From an uncultured cyanobacterium (lineage in GTDB: Bacteria; Cyanobacteriota; Cyanobacteriia; Cyanobacteriales; Cyanobacteriaceae), in contig CAVQBA010000006.1 in assembly GCA_963710605.1 (NCBI GenBank), positions 882,440 to 946,439 of the forward strand: a stretch of DNA of 64,000 nucleotides. The letters are read 5' to 3'. Every line of letters begins with the position of its first letter. The first letter of the stretch is position 1. Under the pieces are notes generated by a model. It was not told where the DNA came from. It was given only the letters and a program-made list of their open reading frames with translations, and did not search any database. Positions 53,141 to 62,600 of this stretch are shown here, in pieces. Both the position numbers and the translations under genes were made by a program.

Positions 53141-53719
53141 ATGACTATTTCACTACAAAAAGGACAAAGAGTTTCATTAAAAAAAGTAGCACCTAGCTTA
53201 TCCGCTGGGTTTATCGGTTTAGGCTGGGATACTAATGCTACTGATACTGGTGGCGAGTTCGATTTAGATGTGTCTGTTTTCCTCCTTGGTGCAAATGATA
53301 AATTAGTCTCAGACAAACATTTCATTTTTTACAATAACCTAGTTAGTCCCGATTCTGATCAATCGATTAAACTTTTAGGTGATAATCGTACAGGAGAAGG
53401 CGAAGGAGACGACGAAGGTATTATTATCGATTTAAGAAAAGTTCCCGCCGATGTAATTAAAGCTGTGGTAACTGTAACTATTCATGAAGCGGCAAAAAGA
53501 AACCAAAATTTTGGACAGGTAACTAATGCTTATATTCGTTTGGTTGATGTGCAAACTAAAGATGAAGTTCTTCGTTATGATTTATCTGAAGACTTTTCTG
53601 TAGAAACTGCGGTAATTATGGCAGAACTTTATAACAAAGATGATGAATGGCGTATTAATGCCGTAGGTAGCGGTTTTGAAGGTGGGTTACAATCTTTACT
53701 TGATAAATACGGTAACTAA
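53141..53719 (+). CDS. terD: TerD family protein (paralog of 20301-20876)
   Basis: GLGWD, FIFYNN, GDNRTGEGEGDDE, QNFGQV, RYDLSED. Confidence 0.93.
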   Translation: MTISLQKGQRVSLKKVAPSLSAGFIGLGWDTNATDTGGEFDLDVSVFLLGANDKLVSDKHFIFYNNLVSPDSDQSIKLLGDNRTGEGEGDDEGIIIDLRKVPADVIKAVVTVTIHEAAKRNQNFGQVTNAYIRLVDVQTKDEVLRYDLSEDFSVETAVIMAELYNKDDEWRINAVGSGFEGGLQSLLDKYGN

Positions 53720-53748
53720 TTTTCAATTTCATTTTTGTTCAATGTTTG

Positions 53749-53780
53749 GAGGTGTTAATTTTTTTAAGCACCTCTTTTTT
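53749..53780 (+). terminator. Probable intrinsic terminator
   Basis: GAGGTGTTAA...TTAAGCACCTC stem followed by T6, 30 nt after the terD stop. Confidence 0.65.
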
Positions 53781-54073
53781 GATGATGAAAAAGGTTTGAG
53801 GTTTGAGTTTTTATGTGTTGATTTTCTTAATTAAGTTAGTTAGTTAGAATTGTGATTTTTTCTTCTTTAAGACTTACATTTTAATGTCAGATTCAATAGC
53901 TTTGCACTATCGTAGTATTGTAGCGATCGAATCAGCTAAAATTACTCTTGCCAACTTTTTTCTTCAACAAATATGCTAGAGTTGTATCAAGATTGTCTCA
54001 TTGACACTCCCAAACTGCGGAGCAGTGGGATTCTTCTTTCAACCAGTAAACTTAATCAGCTTTGTTTCCAATT

Positions 54074-54922
54074 CTAATCAGAGGTTCTTCTGTCTAGAAG
54101 CGTTACACCAAATGAAGGTGAGGTTTCGGTATGCCCTACCGTACCTTTAGCTAAGATATTCAGCGACGCATTGAAATCTCTACACAAACTCACACCACAA
54201 CTACAAGTATGAGTTCTTGTACTCAAAGACTTTTTGACTCTTTTCCCACAGTTGGAGCAGTCTTGAGAGGTAAAAGCTGGGTTAACTCGTACTATTTCAC
54301 GATTAAATACTTTACCAAAATATTCAAGCCACTCTCCAAACAGACTCCAACTAGCATCGCTGATGCTTTTTGCTAAGTTGTGGTTTTTGACCAAGTTGTG
54401 CACACTGAGGTTTTCTAACACTATCACATCATTGGATGTGCATAACGCCCTTGCAGTCTTGACCACAAAGTCTTTACGTCTTCTAGAAACCGTTAAATGC
54501 TGTCTTGCTAGCCTGTTTATCGCTTTGCGTCTATTAGAGCTACCTTTTTTCTTTCGACTAATTTTTTTTTGTAGCTTTTTTAATTTATGTTCGGCTTTTC
54601 TTAGATGTCGAGGATTTTCTACTTTTTGATTGAGGGAATCAGTGTAGAAAAAAGCTAACCCTAAATCCAAACCCACTTTGTTACCTGTAGAAGTAGAGTC
54701 TTCTACTCTTTCGCATTTGATGCAAAATTGGCAATAGTGTCCATCCGCTCGCTTAACGAGTCTCACTCTTTTGATGTCGGTCTTAGAAGCGAACTGAATA
54801 TCGCGACTCCCAACTAACTTCAGAGTTCCAATCCCTGTCTTGTCGGTAAAGGTGATGTATTTACGACAATCAGACAACTTCCATCCACTGGTTTTGTACT
54901 CGACACTTCTTGTCTTTTTCTT
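54074..54922 (-). CDS. tnpB: TnpB RNA-guided endonuclease, exon 2
   Basis: KKKTRSVEYKTSGW, RuvC motifs VGLDLGL, VLENL and RDFNAS, zinc finger CSNC..CSC. Confidence 0.93.
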   Translation of the reverse strand, partial: KKKTRSVEYKTSGWKLSDCRKYITFTDKTGIGTLKLVGSRDIQFASKTDIKRVRLVKRADGHYCQFCIKCERVEDSTSTGNKVGLDLGLAFFYTDSLNQKVENPRHLRKAEHKLKKLQKKISRKKKGSSNRRKAINRLARQHLTVSRRRKDFVVKTARALCTSNDVIVLENLSVHNLVKNHNLAKSISDASWSLFGEWLEYFGKVFNREIVRVNPAFTSQDCSNCGKRVKKSLSTRTHTCSCGVSLCRDFNASLNILAKGTVGHTETSPSFGVTLLDRRTSD

Positions 54923-57340
54923 GTCGAGTAGAGAGACGTATGTTGCCATACCCTCCCCCTCACAGAACCGTACTTGACAATTTCTCATCATACGGCTCTT
55001 AATCATGCCTTGGGTAAATGGTGGTTTTTGTGACACGATTTGTGTATATGTATTAAGTTTGATTCTTTGTCCGTACCTCCATTTTTGATTGGAATTATGT
55101 GGTGGGTTTCCCATCCCATGCCATTGATTAGGGTGTCACTACATACTGGACATTTCCATTTCTGGTTTTGGGCAACATTGTAGAGTTTAGAGCCTTTGGC
55201 GAATCTTGTTCTACATTCTTTGTCGTTCCTTTTTGTCCAGTATTCTTGTAAATCAGGGTTATCTGGTGATGCTCCTTGTTTCACTTTTATGTGCCGAGTG
55301 ATGGGGATTGTGGCTGTGCGGAAGATATTCAAGTTTTGTGGTTTTCCCTCTCTGCTTAATATCTTGGTAAAAAATACCCAATGGTCGTTTTTAACTCGAC
55401 CAAAGTATCTATACCTTACCCATTTGGCTTTTCTACCGTGATGTTTCCTCTTTGACCATTTGTATAATAACTGAACTATTCTATGGTCGAAATATGCAAA
55501 GATTTCCTTTGCTACGGAATGTTGGTAGTAGTTCCCCCATCCTCTTAGAATTGGATTAAGATGTCTAATGACTCCTTCGGCTTCTATCCCTGGGTTCTTT
55601 CTTAACCATTCTTTGATTTCTCTTATTTTGGCTAGTACTTTTCCCTTGGCTGGTTTAATGAGACATTTGCCTTTGTAAGTTCTTATATTGAATCCTAAAA
55701 AGTCAAATCCGTCTTTAACTTGAACTATTTTTGTTTTGTCCTTGTTTAGAACTAATCCCCTTTGAGAAAGCCAGTTTTTAATTATAGGTATAACTTCTTC
55801 AATATCTTCCTGACTTTGGCTGGTGACTATAAAGTCATCTGCGTATCTAATCAGGCTGTACTTTGGAAAGGTCATTTTCCTAACCCTTTTGATTCTTTTG
55901 CCTTTGTAACCTTTTTCGTTAGACTCGTATATTCTCTCAATTTTATACTCCGAGAGGTGTTTTTCTAAACCATCTAAGGCTATGTTGGCAAGTAACGGTG
56001 AAATGACTCCACCTTGGGGTGTTCCAGTTTTAGTTTTAATGAAGTTTCCCTGTTCTACGTAACCTGCTTTCAACCATTGTTTGATTAGTTCTCTTCCAGG
56101 AAAATTTTTTATTTTCCGTAGAATAAACTTATGGTCAATGTTGTCAAAAGCTCCCTTGATGTCGGCATCTAGAACCCACTTATCTTTCCCGTGTCCATTC
56201 AATCGATACCAAATTTGTTCTATTGCATCTTGGCATCTTCTTCCTGGTCGGAATCCATAAGAATTACTCTCGAATTGGGCTTCCCCTACTGGTTCTAAAG
56301 CATTTTTTACAATTGCTTGCATTGCTCTATCTTTAATGGTTGGTATCCCTAATGGTCTTTTCTTTCCGTTAGCTTTTGGGATATATAGTCTCTTGGTTGG
56401 TTTAACCTTCCAAGGTGTATATTCCTTGAGTTCTTCACAGAGTTTTTCTCTTGCGAGAGAAGTCAATGCTTTCCTTGTATCAATTCCAGCAGTCTTTTTT
56501 CCCGCATTGTCCTGTGTAACCTTTCTTACCGACTCAAGTAAGTTACTCTGACTTCTCATCATTAGCTTTGTTAAGCTTCTGACTTTATTCCAATCTTTTT
56601 CCTTGGTCGCACGATATATTCTATGTCTTAAGTTTTTTACCTTCTTATAGGTTTCAATCCAGTCAATCATAGACCAGTTAATTCTATCTTTCTTGGTTTT
56701 TAGCTCCGATGTCATTCTGACTCTATCTTTCACTATCTTTTGACTCTTACATTGAATTACTATCGTGATGATTTGTTTCGGAAGTTAGCTCGGTTTCCCT
56801 TAGTGAATGACACTATCTACCCACTTATATCAATATCTGATTTTCATGTTACCTTTCGGTTGGTAGCATTCGCTTTTTCCAACATCCCTTACCCTCTAAA
56901 TAATTCCGTCTCCCTTGCGTTCGACCTACTCAATAGTTATTGAGAATTTATAGGGTTTTCCGTGTTCCGCATCTTTATAGATTCATCTCTTTTAGGTTTC
57001 ATCTATTCTCCGACGAGCTTCTGTTCTATCGGTGAGGGCAAAATTCAAATTCCCCACCCTACTCGTTTACCTTTTGGTTCAAGCGTGTTAGCCTATTTCG
57101 CTTGTTATTCCTGACGAAGTTTTGTAGATGATTCACTTGCGTTAACCATGAGAGATTTTCCCTTGCTCCCTTAACCAGTTTTAGGCTACCAGCGTGGGCT
57201 ACTTTAGTGACTTGCATTCCAATGTATTCATTACTTACTAACATCGTAGTCGGAGTCAAGGACTCTTTTACTTGGGAATAACTCGATAGAATAAGTTAGG
57301 CATTTCTGCCACTATGTGAGATGCGACTTTCACGTCGCAC
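54923..57340 (-). mobile_element. Group II intron (2418 nt), probably subgroup IIB
   Basis: 5' end GTGCG at 57340. Domain V GAGCCGTATGATGAGAAATTGTCAAGTACGGTTC, domain VI, and 3' end ...CTACTCGAC at 54923. Removal rejoins tnpB in frame. Confidence 0.95.
55003..56733 (-). CDS. ltrA: Group II intron reverse transcriptase/maturase with HNH endonuclease
   Basis: RPLGIPTIKDR, SYGFRPGR, DADIKGAFDNI, GTPQGGVISPLLANI, RYADDF, FDFLGF, maturase LNPILRGWGNYY, C-terminal CPVC..HHI..GG.D..NL..H..CH. Confidence 0.96.
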   Translation of the reverse strand: MKDRVRMTSELKTKKDRINWSMIDWIETYKKVKNLRHRIYRATKEKDWNKVRSLTKLMMRSQSNLLESVRKVTQDNAGKKTAGIDTRKALTSLAREKLCEELKEYTPWKVKPTKRLYIPKANGKKRPLGIPTIKDRAMQAIVKNALEPVGEAQFESNSYGFRPGRRCQDAIEQIWYRLNGHGKDKWVLDADIKGAFDNIDHKFILRKIKNFPGRELIKQWLKAGYVEQGNFIKTKTGTPQGGVISPLLANIALDGLEKHLSEYKIERIYESNEKGYKGKRIKRVRKMTFPKYSLIRYADDFIVTSQSQEDIEEVIPIIKNWLSQRGLVLNKDKTKIVQVKDGFDFLGFNIRTYKGKCLIKPAKGKVLAKIREIKEWLRKNPGIEAEGVIRHLNPILRGWGNYYQHSVAKEIFAYFDHRIVQLLYKWSKRKHHGRKAKWVRYRYFGRVKNDHWVFFTKILSREGKPQNLNIFRTATIPITRHIKVKQGASPDNPDLQEYWTKRNDKECRTRFAKGSKLYNVAQNQKWKCPVCSDTLINGMGWETHHIIPIKNGGTDKESNLIHIHKSCHKNHHLPKA

Positions 57341-57655
57341 GAACTTTGGAAATCCTTTTTTGCCCGACAATTGCTTTTTACAATTATCGTAAAAACGACT
57401 AATAGCAAACCAAGCACGTTCTGCACTAGACTGCCTTGCCATAGAATTCAATTTATGGACGAAAGAGAATTCTGGGTTGTCGGACAATACCTTGGTGTAC
57501 TTATTAAGAGCAAAACTATTTATTTTGTCCTCTCTTTTAGCATCCAACCAATATCTCAGGCATTTATTTCGTATGAATTGCCCAATCCGTATTGCTTCGT
57601 CAATACTTGCTAGTTTAGCTTGACTGGCTTTAATTTTGTACTCGTAAACTAGCAT
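57341..57655 (-). CDS. tnpB: TnpB exon 1 (105 codons)
   Basis: MLVYEYKIK..IDEAIR..QFIRNKCLRYW..LNSMARQSSAERAW..KKGFPKF, ending exactly at the intron GTGCG. Confidence 0.93.
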
Positions 57656-57711
57656 CTGTTCCCCCTCCTTTTAAGTGTTATAGTTTTATAGTATAGTATC
57701 TCAATAGACAA

Positions 57712-58122
57712 GTGACAACTACTAACTACAGAAAAAATAGAAGAGGAACTTTTAGTCTCACTGTACACATTATATTCGTGACAAAATACCGAAAAAAAAT
57801 TTTAACTGATGAAATGCTCAATTCATTAGAAGATTACTTTACAGTTATTTTAGGTAAGTGGAATAGTTTTTGTTTGGAGTTTAATGGCGAATTAGACCAC
57901 GTTCACTTGTTAATCAATTACAGCCCAGACAAAAGACTGAGTGACTTGATTGGTAATTTAAAATCGAGCAGTTGCAAGAACCTCTGGCGTGATTATCCCT
58001 CTTTAACAGATACTTATGCGAAAAAAGTTTTATGGACTCCTAGTTACTTCGTCGCTAGTTGTGGTGGCGTTACTATCGAACAATTAAGGCAGTACGTTCA
58101 AAATCAAAAACGCCCCGAATAG
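57712..58122 (+). CDS. tnpA: IS200/IS605 Y1 HUH transposase
   Basis: HIIFVTKYRK, DHVHLL (HUH), LWTPSYF, helix with the catalytic Tyr in RQYVQNQ. Confidence 0.96.
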   Translation: MTTTNYRKNRRGTFSLTVHIIFVTKYRKKILTDEMLNSLEDYFTVILGKWNSFCLEFNGELDHVHLLINYSPDKRLSDLIGNLKSSSCKNLWRDYPSLTDTYAKKVLWTPSYFVASCGGVTIEQLRQYVQNQKRPE

Positions 58123-58324
58123 GGCTTATATCCCAATCGCCAAAGGCGAGGGTTTTACGCCCTCATTAGATAACGATTACGTACCTTGTAACGACGCTCA
58201 AGAGAATAGTAACGATACTACTGTATTTAAAGCTTTAAACGACGAGAGCAACACAGATAACATTATTTATATCGGTAATTATACCGTATGGGGTACTAAA
58301 GTTAAGACAGGTTCACGTGTCGGC

Positions 58325-58466
58325 ATGAGCTTTACACCTCCTAGTCAAGATTTAGTTAATCTACTAGAAATTAAAAGAGTACACAAAATTACCTCGGCGA
58401 GTAATGTGTCTTTTGCCAGTAATTCAAGAGGACGTATTGCAAATTGGTCTAAAAAGTATCTTGGAC
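58325..58466 (+). pseudogene. Possible 5' part of a gene truncated by the second IS right end
   Basis: ATG-initiated frame MSFTPPSQDL..WSKKYLG runs directly into the IS terminus at 58467. No family recognised. Confidence 0.3.
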
Positions 58467-58504
58467 TTGACACTCCTCTACCTGAAGGTAAGAGGATTCT
58501 TGGT

Positions 58505-59607
58505 TCATTGAGTCGTCTTACCTTGACAGGTGTTTCCACCAACCAAAATAGAGGACAATTCTCCCCAAGCGTTTAAATCTAAATTTTCAGATTTACTTCC
58601 CCAATGCCCTTGGGTAGCTTTTTTTAAAATATTCAATGATGCGTTGGTGTCCCGATCAGCTATATAACCACAACTACACAGGTGAGTTCTAGTAGATAGA
58701 CTTTTCTTGACTCGTTGACCACAGTTGAAACAATCCTGTGAGGTATAAGCTGGATTAACAGCTATGGTTAGCTTTCGATATTTCAGACCAAAATACTCCA
58801 ACCATTTGCGAAACTGACTCCAACTGGCATCATTAATACTTTTAGATAACTTTTTATTTCTAACTAGATTTTTGACTCTTAAATCTTCGTAGGCTATCAA
58901 GTCGTTTGACTGAACTAAACGCAGTGCGGTTTTCTTCCCGAACTCCTCACGTTGCCTACTTACTTTTAAATGTGCTTTACTATAACGTTTTCTAGCTTTT
59001 AAATAGTTGTTACTAACTGGTTTCCCTTTTTTTAATTTTCTTGACTTCCATCGGTTAAGTTTATTTAATCTTGGTTCGGTTTTGCGATAAAATTTAGGGT
59101 TTTGAACAAAATTACCATTGCTATCTGCATAAAAATATCGTATCCCCATATCTAACCCAATCATTTTCTTTGTTTGAGGTAGTTCTGGGGTTATATCTCT
59201 TACGTCTAGCTTCAAGCAAAACTGAGAATAATAGCCGTCGCTTCTCCTAACAATACGGACTCTTTGTATTTGGAATTCTTGGAAATAAAATAAATCTCTC
59301 GAACCAATTAACTTTAGAGTACCGATATTGTTACCGTCTGTGAAGGTTATTCTTTTGTTGTCTCTATCTAACTTCCATCCTGACTTTTTCAACTCGATAC
59401 TTCGTGTTCGCTTAGAAAACTGAGGATAACCCGCTTGGTGCGCGTTCCCTTGCGCCTGTCGGCGGCGCGGGGTCGCATCCGCTTCTTCCCTTTTATGTCT
59501 TTTTTACAATTATCATAAAATTTGGCAATTGCCGACCATGCTCTTTCTCCAGCTTGTTGACACGCTGTTGAATTTAATTGTTTGACAAAAGAAAACTCTT
59601 TTCTCAA
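58505..59607 (-). pseudogene. tnpB: tnpB paralog frameshifted by a 50-nt insertion and 5'-truncated
   Basis: LRKEFSFVKQLNSTACQQAGERAW..KGKK[insert]GYPQFSKRTRSIELKKSGW..IGLDMG..AYEDL..CFNC..DRDTNAS. Confidence 0.88.
59433..59482. mobile_element. 50-nt GC-rich structured insertion element, copy 2
   Basis: Removing it restores GGG AAG AAG GGT TAT CCT (GKKGYP) in frame. Homologous to 20239-20288. Confidence 0.85.
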
Positions 59608-62600
59608 ACAATTAAATTCAACAGCGTGTCAACAAGCTGGAGAAAGACATGGTCGGCAATTGCCAAATTTTATGATAATTGTAAAAAAGACATAAAAGGA
59701 AGACAATGGAAATACACAGCCACCGACACAAACACGAAGTATCGAGTTGAAAAAGTCAGGATGGAAGTTAGATAGAGACAACAAAAGAATAACCTTCACA
59801 GACAGTAACAATATCGGTCACTCTAAAGTTAATTGGTTCGAGATTTATTTTATTCCAAGAATTCCAAATACAAAATTCGTAGGAGAAGCGACGGCTATTA
59901 TTCTCAGTTTTGCTTGAAGCTAGACGTAAGAGATATAACCCCAGAACTACCTCAAACAAAGAAAATGATTGGGTTAGATATGGGGATACGATATTTTTAT
60001 GCAGATAGCAATGGTAATTTTGTTCAAAACCCTAAATTTTATCGCAAAACCGAACCAAGATTAAATAAACTTAACCAATGGAAAATGGAGAAATTTAAAA
60101 AAAGGGAAACCAGTTAGTAACAATCTATTTAAAAGCTGATAGTAAAGCACGTTAAAAGTAAGTAGGCAACGTGAGGAGTTCGGGAAGAAAACCGCACTGC
60201 GTTTAGTTCAGTCAAACGACTTGATAGCCTACGAAGATTTAAGAGTCAAAAATCTAGTTAGAAATAAAAAGTTATCTAAAAGTATTAATGATGCCAGTTG
60301 GAGTCAGTTGCAAATGGTTGGAGTATTTTGGTCTGAAAGATAACTGTAATCCAGCTTATACCTCACAGGATTGTTTCAACTGTGGTCAACATCAAGAAAA
60401 GTCTATCTACTAGAACTCACCTGTGTAGTTGTGGTTATATAGCTGAAAATGGGACACCAACGCATCATTGAATATTTTAAAAAAAAGCTACCAAGGGCAT
60501 TGGGGAAGTAAATCTGAAAATTTAGATTTAAACGCTTGGGGAGAATTATATTATTTTGGTTGGTGTAGAAGTTGAGGAAACTCGAATGAAGCGAGAATCC
60601 TCTTACCTTCAGGTAGAGGAGTGTCAAGTCCAAGATACTTTTTAGACCAATTTGCAATACGTCCTCTTGAATTACTGGCAAAAGACACATTACTCGCCAA
60701 AGTAATTTTTTGTGTACTCTTTTAATTTCTAGTAGATTAACTAAATCTTGACTAGGAGGTGTAAAGCTCATGCCGACACGTGAACCTGTCTTGCGTATAA
60801 TTACCGATATAAATAATGTTATCTGCGTCGTTTAAAGCTTTAAATACAGTAGTATCGTTACTATTTCTGTTCTTGAGCGTCGTTACAAGGTACGTAATCG
60901 TTATCTAATGAGGGCGTAAAAACCCTCGCCTTTGGCAATTCGACGAGCCTCTATTCGGGGCGTTTTTGATGTTGAACGTACTGCGATAGTAACGCCACCA
61001 CAACTAGCGACGAAGTAACTGAGGTCCGTAAAACTTTTTTCGCATAAGTATGTTTAAAGAGGGATAATCACAAGGATGTTGCAACTGCTCGATTTTAAAT
61101 TACCAATCAAGTCACTCAGTCTTTTGTCTGGGCTGTGATTGATTAACAAGGTGAACGTGTGCTAATTCGCCATTAAACTCCAAACAAAAACTATTCCACT
61201 TACCTAAAATAACTGTAAAGTAATCTTCTAATGAATGACATTTCATCAGTTAAAATTTTTTTTCGGTATTTTGTCACGAATATAATGTGTACCTGCTCTT
61301 CTATTTTTTCTGTAGTTAGTAGTTGTCACTTGTATTGAGATACTATACTATAAAAAGTCTCAACGAGAGGAAGGGGGAACAGAAGTACTCGTTCCAAAAT
61401 TCAAAAATGCGGAGAAGGATGAAGCTGAACTCGCAAGTATTTAGCAAAAGCAATACATAATTTGAAATGCTAGGTTCAGATACTCAAAAGAAAGACAACA
61501 AAAAATAAATAGGTTTTTACTCTAATAAGACTACACGACAACACGAGATTCTCTTCATCATAAATTGAATTCTATGGGCAAGGCATCTGTCGTGCAGAAC
61601 GTGCTTGGTTTGCTATTAGTCGTTTTTACGATAATTGTAAAAAGCAATTGTCGGGCAAAATGGATTTCCAAAGTTGGTGCGACGTGAAAGTCGCATCTCA
61701 CATAGTGGCAGAAATGCCTAGACTTATTCTATCGAGTTATTCCCAAGTAAAAGAGTCCTTGACTCCGACTACGATGTTAGTAAGTAATCAATACATTTGA
61801 ATGCAAGTCACTGAGAGCGCGCTGGTAGCTTATTGAACTCATTAGAAACAAGGGAAATTTCTCATGGTTAACGCAAGTGAATCATCTACAAAACTTCGTC
61901 AGGAATAACAAGCGAAATAGGCTAACACGCTTGAACCAAAAGGTAAACGAGTAGGTGGGGAATTTGAATTTTGCCTCACCCCGAACTTCGTCGGAGAATA
62001 GATGAAACCTAAAAGAGATGAATCTATAAAGATGCGGAACACGGAAAACCCTATAAATTCTCAATAACTATTGAGTAGGTCAAACGCAAGGGAGACGGAA
62101 TTATTTAGAGGGTAAGGGATGTTGAATGCTACAAACCGAAAGGTAACATGAAAATCAGATATTGATATAAGTGGGTAGTACATGTCATTCACTAAGGGAA
62201 ACCAAGAGCTTCCAAAACGAATCATCACGATAGTAAATTCAATGTAAGAGTCAAAAGATAGTGAAAGATAGAGTCAGAATGACATCGAAGCTAAAAACCA
62301 AGAAAGATAGAATTAACTGGTCTATGATTGACTGGATTGAAACCTATAAGAAGGTAAAAAACTTAAGACATAGAATATCGTGCGACCAAGGAAAAAGATT
62401 GGAATAAAGTCAGAAGCTTAACAAAGCTAATGATGAGAAGTCAGACTTCCTTGAGTCGGTAAGAAAGGTTACACAGGACAATGCGGGAAAAAGACTGCTG
62501 GAATTGATACAAGGAAAACATTGACTTCTCTCGCAAGAGAAAAACTCTGTGAAGCTCAAGGAATATACACCTTGAAGGTTAAACCAACCAAGAGACTATA

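Larger units (their letters stand above)
54001..58169 (-). mobile_element. Complete IS200/IS605-family element (divergent tnpA/tnpB) carrying a group II intron
   Basis: Right end GAATCCCACTGCTCCGCAGTTTGGGAGTGTCAA ends at 54001. Left-end hairpins (GAGGG-TTTTACG-CCCTC at 58148-58164) are preceded on the minus strand by TTAT (58173-58170). The left boundary is inferred. Confidence 0.85.
58467..59607 (-). mobile_element. Second IS200/IS605-family tnpB element, 5' part lost at the fold-back point
   Basis: Right end GAATCCTCTTACCTTCAGGTAGAGGAGTGTCAA ends at 58467, with tnpB coding sequence upstream. Confidence 0.88.

Noticed and set aside
54923-55114. N-terminal 64 aa of the 346-aa ORF 54074..55114
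   Set aside because: This is read-through of intron domains IV-VI in frame with tnpB exon 2, not real TnpB sequence.
55003-56733. RT as a retron, DGR or CRISPR-associated RT
   Set aside because: Maturase and HNH domains plus canonical GTGCG, domain V and AC boundaries identify a group II intron.
56990-57045. Assignment of the intron EBS1 loop
   Set aside because: A candidate stem-loop is present but pairs only partly with the exon end AAGTTC; it cannot be assigned without folding the RNA.
57296-57340. C-terminal VRRESRISHSGRNA of ORF 57296..57655
   Set aside because: It is translation of the intron 5' end.
814-58576. Short ORFs overlapping longer genes or intron RNA (e.g. 814, 3068, 6007, 6035, 6072, 8822, 9935, 14215, 20189, 20499, 20692, 22928, 23204, 36543, 38099, 41133, 41491, 43601, 44981, 47032, 48518, 51659, 53134, 54363, 55196, 55762, 56336, 56740, 57059, 57371, 58345)
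   Set aside because: They are shadow frames of well-supported features with no motifs of their own.
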